Source: Podarcis vaucheri (Eukaryota). From it: a DNA stretch of 64,000 nucleotides. The stretch lies in NCBI GenBank assembly GCA_965113315.1, contig OZ220377.1. The stretch is one strand, 5' to 3'. Below are positions 37,100-50,262 of the stretch, in pieces. The position numbers were made by a program, and so were the translations under genes. How positions within the stretch are numbered: position 1 is the first letter of the stretch; each line of letters starts with the position of its first letter. Under the pieces are notes generated by a model, which saw nothing but the letters and a program-made list of their open reading frames with translations, was not told the origin of the DNA and ran no database searches.

Positions 37100-37650
37100 A
37101 AAAAAACTCCATCCAGGAGCTTTTTTTTTTTTACCAGCCGGTGTAGGCGGGCAGCAGGATGGCTCGGCGACCCTTGCGCCGTGCAGTGTTGCGCAGGAGC
37201 CTGCAGAGGTAGCTGTTCCGACGGCGCCTCTGCTTGCGCAGCCCCGTCTCGCTGGCTGGAAAGGGATCCGCCCAGGGACCGAGAGATCTGGGAGGAGGAG
37301 CCGGGATCCACCGCGCCCGCGCGGTTGGAAAGCAACTGCAGCGCCGGCGGCGGCGTGGCGCAATTTGGCGAGCCTGCCCGTGCGCCCCTCTCCAAAGCTT
37401 TGTGCCGTGCGCCCTGAGCGCACAATGGACGGCGCCGTCGCCGTCTCCAACCGCGGAGCCCCGGAGGGCGCCGTCGCCCGAGCCGCTGCCGCCGTCGAGG
37501 ATCCCGGCGCGGGCAGGCGGCGGAGGAGCCCCGCTCTCGGCCATGCCGCCTTCCCCTCGCCTGCCGGAGCCGGGCTAGGAGGCAGCCCCGAAGCCATGGA
37601 GCTAGGTAGTTGGGCGGCTGCTGGCCTTCCTCTCTCGCTTCCAGCTACTC
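37100..37650. promoter_or_regulatory. CpG island / GEMIN4 promoter and 5' exon
   Basis: Very GC- and CpG-rich stretch ending at the GEMIN4 start codon; boundaries approximate. Confidence 0.75.
37596..37605 (+). CDS. GEMIN4: GEMIN4 exon 1 coding part (ATGGAGCTAG; MEL-G)
   Basis: gccATGG Kozak, donor |gtagtt; equivalent to the human 10-nt MDL-G first exon; phase 1 joins exon 2 in frame. Confidence 0.88.
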
Positions 37651-38835
37651 GGAGTAGACCCTTTTGGAATGAACGGAGCCCACTTGGTCGAGGCTGTGCG
37701 TTTCAGGGGGTTCTGCACTGAGTAGGACTTGGGTTTTCTTAAGCGGCCTTTCCTGCCAAGGAGCGCATTTGTAAGAAATCGGGCTTTTAGCGAGGGCAAC
37801 ACGCTCACTTTTCAACTCGCTTCCTACTGCCCTCTTTTCAGAGCCTGGGGGGAAAAAAAACATTTTAAGGAAGCCCACCCAGAAGTGTAGCCAGTGGACG
37901 TGTGTTTTAAGCGTATCGTCTATTTTAACTCTCTTCTAGACATTTTAAATAGCTGCTTTTAACCGTACAATGTTATTGTTTTTTTTGTGTGTGTGAACTG
38001 TTTTGAGGTGTGTGTGTATACACACCCACACACACGTGTATATGTGTGGGGGTGTGTGTATACACACACACAAAAATCAAGCAGTTTTATTAAATTAATC
38101 AAAATGAATAGGGAAGTTTCTGGTTTGAACCCTCAGCCCACTTAGTGGCCTTCCAGGCATGGCCAAACTCGGCCCTCCAGATGTTTTGGGACTACAATTT
38201 CCGTCATCCCTGACCACTGGTCCTGTTAGCTAGGGATGATGGGAGTTGTAGTCCCAAAACAGCTGGAGGCTTAAGCAAAGCCAGGTGTCTCTCTCGCTCA
38301 ATCACTGCATCCCTGGAATACGGGCTGATTATAAGACTGACTTTGCCTTGCCGGCAGGGTTGTTGTGATTGTCAGCTAGATGATGACAAAGTAGTTGATG
38401 GTGGTTATTAAGGGAATTACTGTTACCATCCTTCTTTCCTTGCCTATCTGCTTTTCTGAAGAAACGATGGTGCCCTTCAGAGGGGAGAAGAACTTTGCAC
38501 ATGTTCAGAAGCATTGATAAGTTTCCTTCTTCTCTAAAGCAGACAAAACAACGCTGTTGCCTTTCAGAAGGCACTCTGCCCGAGCTCAGGTGATCCTTTT
38601 CCCCTTTAGTTCCTTTTAAGATAAAATAAAATTCTGCCACACTCTGCAGCAGGTGTGCTCAATGGCATTATCTGTTTTCCTTATTTTATTGGGGAAAACT
38701 TGTCTTCCACTTAACTGTAAGCAAAGTCTCGTAAGGCGTTTACCAAAGATAACCTCACCCCACATTAAAAATATACATTAAAATGATAGGTAGAAATAAA
38801 AAAAGGTGTTTCTTTAAAAATTGAAAATATAATTA

Positions 38836-39520
38836 CCGTATTTTTCGCCCCATAAGACGCACTTTTTCCCCTCCAAAAATGAAGGGGAAATGTGCCTGCG
38901 TCTTATGGGGCGAATGCAGGCTTTCGCTGAAGCCTGGAGAGCGAGGGGGGTCGGTGTGCACCCACCCCTCTCGCTCTCCAGGCTTCAGGAAGCTCTGCGC
39001 AACCCTCGGGAGACCGGCTCCGAGGGTTGCGCAGAGCTGCCTGCAATCCCGGGACCAGCGCAGCTCTGCCTGGCCACCGGGAGCCGGGGGAGAAGCTCCG
39101 CCCCGCTCACGGTGGCCGCGCAGAGCTGCCTGTGGTCCTGGGACCAGCGCAGCTCTGCGCCGCCATCCCGAGCGGGGCGCAAAGTCCAGCCCCACTCGGG
39201 ATGGCGGCACAGAGCTGCCTGCCGTCCCGGGACTGCAGGCAGGTCTACGCCGCCATCCCGAGCGGGGCGCTAAGTCCCGCCCCGCTCGGGATGGCGGCAC
39301 AGAGCTGCCTGCCGTCCCGGGACTGGTGCATTTCTCCCCATCGCCAGCCCCACAAGCTCGGAGGACAGCGGCGAGGCAGAGCGTGCCTTCCCACTGTTCC
39401 CCGACCTGGTTCTTCCAGCCCCGCACCTGGGGGGGAAATAATTTTTTTTTTCTTTATTTCCCCCCCAAAAAACTAGGTGCGTCTTATGGGCCGGAGCGTC
39501 TTATGGGGCGCAAAATACGG
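38836..39520. mobile_element. Tc2/mariner-like MITE with internal GC-rich tandem repeat, in GEMIN4 intron 1
   Basis: TIR CCGTATTTT(T/G)CGCCCCATAAGACGC, TA TSD. Confidence 0.88.
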
Positions 39521-40127
39521 TAAAACTGGCTGTTAAGCTGAAACGGATTCAAATGTATGCCCCCCCCCCCGGAACACTCGCCTAAATGGAAATAGTTTTT
39601 GGCAGGTGGCAAAAAGAATGCAGCTAAGGCTTTGTCTAACATCAAGAGGCGGGAAGTTCCAAAGTCTGGATGCTGCCATCCTGAAAAATCTATTCCATAC
39701 AAGTGCAAAACAACTATTATGTGGCACTTTTACTGCTGCCATTTCCATAGATCAAGACTGTTGAAAGGGTACAGGCGGTTGTCACAGAAGGGTCTTGGGT
39801 TCGAATCTCCATGCTTCCAGCTGAAAGGATCATGGAGTAGGTGGGAAAGTCTCAGGCTCAGCAGCAGGGCATCTGAGGTTCATTCTCCAGCAACTCCAGA
39901 TAGGGCTGGGAATTCGCCTCTCCCTGTAGCCCTGGAGAGCGGCTGCCAATCAGTGTGGGCAGTACTGAGCTACTTGGACCCAGTGGTGTGACCCTATATA
40001 AGGCAGCTTCCAATGTGTCTCTGCTCAGGAGCGAAGAGTGCTGCTGCCAGTCAGAGTGGGCCATATAGGGCTGGATGGATAAATACAGGTCTTTGCCTTC
40101 TCAGTATGCCTGTCTTTGCTCAAACAG

Positions 40128-43100
40128 GGCCGGTGACCATCTGCGGAGAACTGAGTGTGTTGCACGGGGGGTTCCTGCTGGCTTCCGGCATCTGCCACCC
40201 CAAACCGCTGTCGGAGTTGGCCAAGTCCGACTGGCCCCAAGTGGGGAAGCCCATCATCGACGCCCTGGAAGAGATCTGCACGTCCCATTCGTCGTACCCA
40301 CCCGAACCCGGCGCCTGGAAGCGGAAAGCCGCTGTGGTCCTCTGGTCCAAGATCCTCCTCTCGTCGCCCTCGGTCTCCGCCAACCAGAGATGGAAGGAAG
40401 ATGTCTTCTTCTCTGCCAGCAACATGATCCCGGAGATCAACCACACTGTCCTCTTTGAGCTCTTCAAGGCTATCAACGCCCCACGGCTGTTCGCCCAGCT
40501 GCTGCTGGTGTTGCCGGAACACGTCTGTCGGAAGGAGCTGGAGACCTTTGTGGGGTACGTGGCCAACGAGACTTCCCCGGCCGACGTCTCGTTCTTCTTG
40601 GACGTTTGGTGGGAAATCCTGAAGCATCAGGAGGGACAGGAGGACAGGCTGATGCTCCTCTTCCGCTCGGTGTCCCACCAATATCTCTCGGAGCCTGACG
40701 AGGTGGGGCAGCCCCCAAAGAGATTCAAGAGCGACGCCCCGTCTTTGCTAGGTTTCTCCGTGGCCGCTGGCGTCCTCCCGGTCTTGACCGAAGGGTTGAA
40801 GCTCATCAAGGAGAACGTCAACCCAGCCAAGATGAAATGCCACGCTCTCGCCAACCTGGCAGACGTGCTGTCCATGTCGCTCGCGGCGCAGCGCGAGGCG
40901 GACTCGCTGCCGGTCCAGGCTTATTTGGAGAAGATCTCCTCTGTGGTAACACTCTGGAGCAGCGACTGCGATGGTCGATACAGCAAGCAGGAACTGAGTG
41001 AGCAGGTGAAAGAGGCGGAGAGGAGCATCAGCTTGCTGAACGCCACGAGGCCACTGGGCGAAGCGCTGCCCGTCGATGTGGGCTTCCTGCGGGCCTTGCT
41101 GGAGGAGTGGTCCCCCGCTCTGCAGGAGCTGCTCAACGACCCCCAGCAGATCTGCTACGAGAGCTACCGGCTCCTGGAGGCCCTGGCTTCTCTCAAGAAG
41201 AAGCTGGCGGACTGCTACAAGCAGGAGGACCACAACAGAGATGCTGCGCAGGAGATGTCGGCGCTGGGTGACCTCATCGCAGGCTTCTTGAAGAAAGTGA
41301 GCCCTGAGTTGCGGGGCAAGAGTGCCGGTGGCGACCTCCTGCCGTCGGTGGCCATGGTGGTCATTGAGAAAAAGATGGACAGGCACCAAGAGATGTGCTC
41401 CCTTTTTGCTTCGGAGAAAAGCTGGGCATTTACAGACGAGTGGGTCGCTTGCCTCGTTCGGAACAAAGACCTGTTCCGGGAACCAGAGCTGGTCTCGAAA
41501 TTGCTGGAGACGTTGGCGTCTGCCGACCCCTCAGGGAAGCAGGACCAGCAAGCCACGGTGGCGAGGGTCTTGCTCGAGTGCTACATGGACCTCCCCTTGC
41601 CTGATAAGAACAAAGTGATTTCGGGCGTTTTGGCTTCTTGGGGCAGGCGAGGCCTCTCTAAGGTGTCTCCGGCTTTCTCGGAGGGGTTCCAGGAGGACCT
41701 CAACGTGGCCTTCAACCAGATCATCCAGAGCGCCTCCGGAGAAGGCTTGAAGAAGGCCGTGGCTTCCGTGTCCCGGCTGGTCGTCCTCAACCCGGAGGCC
41801 ACCATCAAGAAAATGAGCAACTTAGCCGTGGCCAATCTGGGGACGCACCAGTTCTTGGCGGAGATCCTGTGTTCCTTCCCGGCTCTGAGCTTCCGGGAGA
41901 CTCTGGACTCGGAGGAAGCGCCCATCAGCCTGCTGCTGGGGTGCCTGAAAGAAGCCGTCTGGGACCGCCTCTCGTCGCCCAAGGAGAAGGAGCAGTTCCT
42001 GGAGTTCTTGGTTTATCTCTTGCAGCCGAGCGGAGCAAGGCCTCTCCTCTCTCCGGCAGAGGTGACGCAGGCCCTCGTCCTCCCTTTCCTGAAGGCGGAC
42101 TCCCCTTGCGTCGAGCTGTGCTTGCAGATCCTCAACAAAGTCCTGAAAGTGCTGCTGCCCGCCGAGGAGGGCAGCTGGCTCCACAGCTGCCACCCTTTCC
42201 CTCTCCTCTTCTGCCTCTGCAAGCTCCTCGACGGCTTTGCCCAGTACTGGCACGAGCCGCAAGACCAGCACTGCCTCTCCTTGGAAGCCAAGGACTTGGT
42301 GGCCGCCAACCTAGCTCAGCTCTGCGATGCCCTCTTGGCGCAGAAGGACTCCCTGTCGCCCGAGCTGTGGGCGCAGTCGGTGGCTTGGTTGCACAAGAAG
42401 GCGGCTTCCCTGGACTGGACCGTTGGCCTCCGCCTGAAGAGCATCTATGGGGAGCACTTCAAGAACGAGGTCCCGGCCACGCTCTTTGAGGTCTGCAAGC
42501 TCCCGGAGGGAGAGTGGACGTCCTGCCCGCTCCCGAATTACGGCGCGGGCAGCGGCCTGCTGGCCTGGATGGAGTGCTGCTGCGTCTCTGCCGCCTTGCG
42601 GGAGGAGATGCTGGCGCTGCTCACGGTCAACGTGGACAACCCTGAGGAGGTCAACCTCTTCAGCAAAGGCTTCCTGGTGGCCCTGGTCCAGGTCTTCCCC
42701 TGGTGCAGCCACAGCGAGTGGCGGAGGCTGGTTGGCGTGGTTCAGAGCCTCTTAGACCAGGAAGTGCTGTACGTGCCTTATTCGCTGGAGTACGTCCAGT
42801 TCCTGCCCTTGCTGAACTTCCGCCCCTTTGCCTACCATCTCCAGTTCTCGGTTCTTCTCCTGAGGGCCTTCCAGTTCCTCTGCGGCGCCAGCGGCTCCAC
42901 CTGGCTGCCGGCGGAGGCGTGGAGGCACGTGGCCCGGCTGTACTGCCTGGCCGTGTCTGATCTGCTGGGTTCGGTCAAGGGCATTGCCCGGAATCAGTGG
43001 CAGCCGGCCCAGGAGAAGAACAACGTGACACGAGAGCTGTCCTTCGTCTACGTCCAGATCTTCTGCCACACCCTCCACGTGGCCGCCATGCTGCCAGACG

Positions 43101-43294
43101 ACGGCACGGGCGAGCCCCTCCTCCTCCTCTCCCTGGAGATCCTCTCGCAGTACGAGATGCTCTATGACGCCGACGAGGCCCTCGGCAGCGCCCTGAGGAA
43201 GGCCAACGAGAGGCACTTCCTGGAGTCCATCGCGGAGAACGTCACCAACAAGGAGCTGCGAACGATGCTCCTGCAAAAGCTCCGGAAGCTGTGA
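40128..43294 (+). CDS. GEMIN4: Gem-associated protein 4 (SMN complex), giant exon 2; total 1058 aa
   Basis: aaacag|GG; GPVTICGELSVLHGGFLLA...HPKPL...DWPQVGKPI...HFKNEVPATLFEVC...NPEEVNLFSKGFLVAL...YSLEY; stop TGA; AATAAA at 43435-43440. Confidence 0.96.
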
Positions 43295-44844
43295 AGCCGG
43301 CCGCAGTTCGAGAACTGGGAAGCAGGTCGCGCGATCCATGCGAAGTTGAAGGTGCCTTCTGAACTTCAGGACCCTGGTTCGTTCTGCAGGCGTCTCTCCC
43401 CAAAGGAGCAGGGTGGGAGATTTGGAACCTCTATAATAAACCTTTTTATCACTTTCCTTGTTGATGGTTTTCGCAACCGGCTAATCGGTATTTATTTGTG
43501 GGGAAAGTTGTATGCTGCCATATGCATAAATATACATATCAAAGTGATTTACTGCAAGGAAAACTTAAAACGTGTATTGTAAAAGCACAAAAAAGCTTAA
43601 AAACGAGCAGCAGCAAACCATTGTGGAAGGGTGCACTCTTAATTACCTTCATAGTCCTAGTGGAATTGGAAAAATTTTCAGCAGGTGCTTAAAAGTTAGT
43701 AGAGAAGGTGCCTGCTGAGTCTCCAGTGGCAGAGAGTTCCACAGGACTGGGCCCATGGCACTGAAAGCTGCCGTTGTCAAATGAGACTCGCCGACTTGGG
43801 GGATGACCCACAACACTCCTTCAGATGACCTCTGTGGTCGAGATGGGATATAAGCATTTTGGCAATCCCTGTTTGTTGTTATTTTGTGGTTATTGGAGTG
43901 TATCTCCTACTAAATTCAACTCAGATTCCTGAAACTGAAGCACTTAAGCTAGTCACATCCTTTAATTTCAGTGGATTTACTCAGAGTAGGACGAATGTTG
44001 GATGCAGCTTGTCGTTACCAGTTCATTTATCAATCGCCTTTTACATAGGTCTCAAGGTGATTTTATAGATTTAACACTAAAAGAGCTAAGGGTTTTAAAA
44101 TCTCTGGCTAGTATGCAACATTAACCATGTGCAGAGCTAACCCGCTGAAATTAATGGACGTGGCTCGACTTGGGCCCATTAATTTATCTGTTCTGTAACT
44201 CACTGCAAACCCTGCTGAGAGTTTTTGCAGAGTCAGCTACTATTTCTGGCGCTTGGAGGAAAAACATTCTGGCAGAACGCAGTCACCTGTTGGGGGTCTC
44301 TCCTGTAATAGCAAAATAATGATTATCCTAAAATGGTTAGGCACCTAATATTCCCCTCCGCACCACATCATATAACGGCTAAAGCCTCTGCAAGATGAGT
44401 TGTCCAGGCATTCTTTGCAAAAGTTGAGGCAGCGCTGAACCAAAGCATTGCCACAAAATGGTCAAAAAGAAAATGCCAACCTGTGGCCCCTGGGCACTAA
44501 ATTTGAAGGGCTCCTTGTATTTGCACTCTTTTAGTTGGGCCAGATCTTTAAGGCTTGCCTTTCGCCTCCCTAGTTCTGCTTTTAGCTTTTTAATCAGTTG
44601 TCCGTTACACTTGATTTTAGTGTTTTACTAAATCCTTAACCAGCAGTTTCATGGTTCAAAAAGTAGGCCTTAGTTTGCCTACCCATGGTCAAGATCCAGT
44701 GAACCCCAGGCATGCATCTCCAAGTTGTGGAGACATCAGGCACCATCCTGGCCCCCAGGTATCTCCACTCGGTCACAAAATGCGCCAGGATTATTTCGAG
44801 CCCTGAACAAGAGTCAACAATTCAAATTTCTCAACAGGTTATCT

Positions 44845-44850
44845 TTTATT
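44845..44850 (-). terminator. Candidate TLCD3A poly(A) signal
   Basis: TTTATT on + (AATAAA on -), about 3.2 kb after the TLCD3A stop, convergent with the GEMIN4 3' end. Confidence 0.35.
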
Positions 44851-45878
44851 TGTCTGCTTTCAAATATATATATATATACCAGGCCTGTAGTCTTGCAGGA
44901 GAAAACAGTGAATCCAGTGACAAAAAACCATTTAATATGGAGTCTCTCTTTTTTTTCCTTCCTCACCCATTTTGGCAGGGTTGTGTCACAGTGAGAGGAG
45001 ACTTGTCCTCAAGAGTTGCTTGACGCCGTCCCCCAAAGAGTAGTGTGTAAACGCTGCAAGTGGTTATAATGTTTTGGGCAGCTCCTAGGCACTTGTCTGT
45101 GATCTTTTGGAGAACCCAAAACCCATAGAATCCTCTGGTTTTGAGGGACACAGTGAATACTTATTTACAATACATTCCTTTCTGGTTTTGCAATATAACG
45201 TCGAAGGTTCCCAGGGAGGGAAATATGCGTCTGTCGGCCTCCCTGCTGCCGATTCCACCGGGCGACTTCAAAAGGCATTTTAAAGATGTTTGGCACGTCT
45301 CGTAGCATCGTTTGGAAGTCAAAAGACAGCATTTAAATATTGTAGAACAGGGATGGAGTTTGCTGTTCCCTCAACCTCTCTCATATCCCTGGCATATGAT
45401 CTTCCTTTCAAATAAAAACGACATTCAGGCATATTGGAGCAGATATTGTAAACCAGCGAGTTGGCTGAGGGGAAAGGAAAATATCTCCTGGGATTTGTGC
45501 AATTTCAGAGACATTTGAGGGCTGTTCCCCGCCCTGTTGTACACAAGGCACCTTATTGGTCTCAAGGAAAATAATATTAATAAAGGACAGTCTGGGACAT
45601 ATAGGCATGGTCAGAGCTTCTGGCAGGGGTGGGCCACATGGGGGCTGTCGTCAGACAATAGTTCCCATCATCCCTGAAAAGGACTGTGGGAAGAGATTTG
45701 AGGTTTCTGGGTGACTCCACAGCGAGGAAAAGCGACAGCATTTGGGGGGTGAGGGTTTAGTTTAGGAAGTAAAAAAGGAGGGTTATATGAGGTAGAGGAG
45801 AAGATAACCTCCCCATCTTCTATTCTCCACAATGCACAGTGTGGAGAACAGGGGATATGAGGAAGAAAACCTCCCAAA

Positions 45879-46103
45879 CAGTGGTACCTCGGTTTTCAAG
45901 CATCCTGGAAGCCGAACATTGCGGTTTTCGCCGAAAACCCAGAATTGTTTCCATTTTCGAATGCTTTTTGGAAATCGAATGGCTTCCGGTGAGCCCCCCC
46001 CCCCCCATTTTCTCCATTGATCTTGCGCCTCGGTTGTCAAACATTTCAGAAGTCGAACGGTCTTCCAGAATGGATTACGTTCGACAACCGAGGTAAACCG
46101 CTG
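45879..46103. mobile_element. Tigger-like MITE directly abutting a family-A MITE
   Basis: CAGTGGTACCTCGGTT ... AACCGAGGTAAACCGCTG|TA|CAGTGG. Confidence 0.7.
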
Positions 46104-48089
46104 TACAGTGGTACCTGGGGTTATACGCTTCAGGTTATACACTCCGCTAACCCAGAAATAGTGCTTCAGGTTAAGAACTTTGCTTCAGGATAAGAATAGA
46201 AATTGTGTTCCGGCAGCACAGCGGCAGGCCCCATTAGCTAAAGTGGTGCCTCAGGTTAAGAACAGTTTCAGGTTAAGAACGGACCTCCAGAACAAATTAA
46301 GTACTTAACCTGAGGTACCACTGCACTAGAATCCAATGGGGACATCTAATGAAGCTGAGAGCTGGGAAACGGAGCGGAAAAAACTTCGTCCAGCGCCGAT
46401 ACGGAATTTGCTCCCCTAAGTTGTCGTGAGGGCAGCCATCTTGGTTGTTTTTAAAAGGGGATGAGGCACAGTTGTGGAGGATGAAGCTTATCGCTGGCGG
46501 CTGGGCTGGCTGGCCGTGGTGTCCCAACACTGTCGGAGGCAGTCAAAAGCCACTTCTGATGAAGTGAAAGGCGCGTCTGATGAAGTTTGGGAACCTCTGG
46601 AGAGCACCACAACCTCAGAGGAGACCCCGGTTTGTTAAGGAGAAGTTGTAGCCGCACCAATCCAAAGGCGGCTCCAACGTGGTACTTGCAAAGGCGTTCC
46701 GGAAAGATCAGACATAAACAAGGAGGTAGAAAAAAGACCAGCTTGACCAGAAAAAAATGGGCACAAGAAGTGATGGGAGGGGGGGAAACACCTCTGTAGG
46801 AAAATGGATTGCACCAGTGATAGGGGAATCAAATGCTGCTGGACTCGAACTCTCAGAAGCCATTGTGGTCAATGGCTAGGGGAATGATGGGAGTTGTAGT
46901 CCAGCCCCATCTGGCAGGCCACGGCTTTTCATAGAATTGTCAATCTGGAAGGGACAAGGGTCATCTAGTCAAAACCCCGTGCAATGCAGGATTTTTTCCC
47001 CAAGGTGGGGCGGGGCTTGAACCCCTAACTCTGAGATTAAGAGCCTCATGTTCTACCAGCCGAACCACCCCTGGGTTAGACCCAAGCTCCACCTGCGGCA
47101 GACTTCTTGTGTTCCAAACAGAGGGCCACCGTCAAAGGGGAGCCGGGTGCGAATTGCATGGGGAAGCTTTACCCCTGTGTGATGCTGGCGTTGCTGGCGC
47201 GGAGATCTCAGGCCGACCCCTGCAGGGTCTCGACAAAAATACTCATCTTACAGGCAGGACAAAGAAACATCAACACATTTGATTTGACCCCGAGACCTCC
47301 AGCTGCCTGGTCATTCCCCCCCCCCCCGAATATGATGACCAGACTGCCCAATGCCCCATTTTCTCCCCCAGCATAGAATCCATACCCTCCACCCCATTTT
47401 TACAGCTTGGGGAGTGGGTGGAAAGACAGCTTGATTTTTCCAAACCGGCGCTTGGGTCCCAAGCCCACGATTCGAATCCTGGGGCGAAACAGTTCACAGT
47501 CGTCGTCCCCCCTGCGGAAAATGTACTCTGGGTTATCTGCCCCCCCCAGCCTTCTTCACTTCAGCAGTATAATTGGGGGGGGGATCGTTTTCTTGCTCCT
47601 AATCAGAGCATGACTTGGGAAGCAATAAACCCTCCATTTCACAGAAGCCACCGAGAAACCTACAGACGGCACACCCAGTGCCCCCTCTCTGCCCACCCTT
47701 TTGTCCCAAGAGAGGCCAGCGCTGGCAGGGGGCCGGATCCTGGCACACTGCCCCCATCCTGCAAACTGGAAGCAGCTTCCAGGAGTCCCGGCCTATTTTG
47801 AGCACCTTGGCGGGTGCGAACGGGGTGCTGGGCGAGGTGTGTGGCCGGATCCAGCAGCACTCTTCTGGCAGTAGACTCCTCAGAACAGAACAAAACAAAA
47901 AGCAACCCGGCCTTGCTGGCACCGTATGGCAACCGGATTTCACCCAGGGGCCACCTGCAGAGGTAGCGCCGCCTGTCACTCCTGGGCAAAGCCCACGGCG
48001 TCCCGACTGAGAGGTCTCTCCCCAGAAGCTGGCGCAGAAAGTCGGGGCGGGCAGGACCCAGCTGACAGGGAGCAGGTCTCAGGCCGCCA

Positions 48090-48413
<324 letters not shown>

Positions 48414-49258
48414 CTATCTAAATGACAACAACAACCAGAAAACCCTAGAGCTGTGGAAACTATTACAGTGGTACCTCGGGTTACAGACGCTTCAGGTTAC
48501 AGACTCCGCTAACCCAGAAATATTACCTCAGGTTAAGAACTCTGCTTCAGGATGAGAACAGAAATCGCACAGCGGCAGCAGGAAGCCCCATTAGCTAAAG
48601 TGGTGCTTCAGGTTAAGAACAGACCTCTGGAACGAATTAAGTACTTAACCCGAGGTACCACTGTATTTAAACAACAACAACCAGGAAACCCTAGAGCTGT
48701 GGAAATTATTACAGTGGTACCTCGGGTTACAGATGCTTTAGGTTACAGACGCTTCAGGTTACAGACTCCGCTAACCAAGAAATAGTACCTCGGGTTAAGA
48801 ACTTTGCTTCAGGATGAGAACAGAAATCGGGCGGCGGCAGTGGGAGGCCCCATTGGCTAAAGTGGTACCTCAGGTTAAGAACATTTGCTTCAGGATGAGA
48901 ACAGAAATCGGGCGGCGGCAGTGGGAGGCCCCATTGGCTAAAGTGGTACCTCAGGTTAAGAACATTTTCAGGTTAAGAATGGACCTCCAGAACAAATTAA
49001 GTTCTTAACCTGAGGTACCACTGTATTAATAATCCTCATCAGACGGGGTCGCCCCAGCCACTCTGGGTGGCTTCCAACAAATTATAAAACCACACACCGT
49101 ATTTCCAGAAACATCCTCCTCCTTTGTGTAGGACAACAAAGTCCTGCATTTGCAGCACGTTTCCAAGTCACTGGTACAGTGCATTTAGCATCTCTCTCGG
49201 GGGTGTGCCTGTTGCTTCTCTGCACGATTGTACTGCTTTGCACTGCTTTTGTTTTTCA

Positions 49259-49576
<318 letters not shown>

Positions 49577-49966
49577 TCAGGGATTTGTGTGTCTGTGCAA
49601 GCGGCTTGCAACCCAGCAACCCTAAACAGCTCCTTCTGGCGTTGGTGAGGAGCAGTAGGGAATGCTTTTCAGTCTGAGGGTCAAATTCCCTTCCAGGCAG
49701 CCTTCCGGGGCCTGCATGGACAGCTCTGAAGATATCACAGCCATGTATTGCACCACAGTTCCTGAAATCAAGGAACAGGCTTTTGCTATTCCTGGGATGC
49801 TGTTTCAAACAGAATTTTGCACGATGGTTCCCGAATCCAGGAGCCCTTCTGTGCTTGGATATAATCCAAGTAGGGGCTCCTCATGAGGCCAGAGGAACAT
49901 CGCCCGGCTGTGAAGCATGAAGGCCGCATCCTGCAAGGCCAGATGGGTGGGGTATAAATAATAAAC

Positions 49967-50003
<37 letters not shown>

Positions 50004-50048
50004 ACCCAGAACGCACCAAACTCCTTGAGAAAACCCAAGTGCTCTCAC

Positions 50049-50262
50049 CGTAGCCACTGGCGTGAGGACGATGAGGATGAAAAGGTGGTGTGTGACCATC
50101 AGCCTTTCTCTCTGCAGGAAGCTGTTGACACTGGCCAGAGAATACTTCGGGTGCGCCTCCCCTTTCTCCTCCCCCTTGTGCCAGTGGCAGAGGTACATGA
50201 CGTAGATGTCGTAGGCCATGTAGGAGACCACAACCCACATGTACTCACGCGCAATCCAGTGC
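50049..50262 (-). CDS. TLCD3A: TLCD3A exon 3 (214 nt)
   Basis: aacag|G HWIAREYMWVVVSYMAYDIYVMYLC...LMVTHHLFILIVLTPVAT|gtgaga. Confidence 0.93.

Noticed and set aside
36746-37597. 283-aa antisense ORF starting at the palindromic CCATGG
   Set aside because: Low-complexity Ala/Gly/Pro/Arg product with no recognisable family; expected in a stop-poor CpG island
38833-39523. 197-214-aa ORFs on both strands
   Set aside because: Entirely inside a non-autonomous MITE with tandem repeats; no transposase motifs
40013-40127. N-terminal 38 aa of the 1093-aa ORF as part of GEMIN4
   Set aside because: Lies upstream of the aaacag| acceptor in SINE-like intronic sequence and starts at a non-ATG codon; the true start is the 10-nt exon at 37596
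40025-43339. Many 100-218-aa ORFs overlapping GEMIN4 exon 2
   Set aside because: Shadow ORFs caused by high GC3 codon usage
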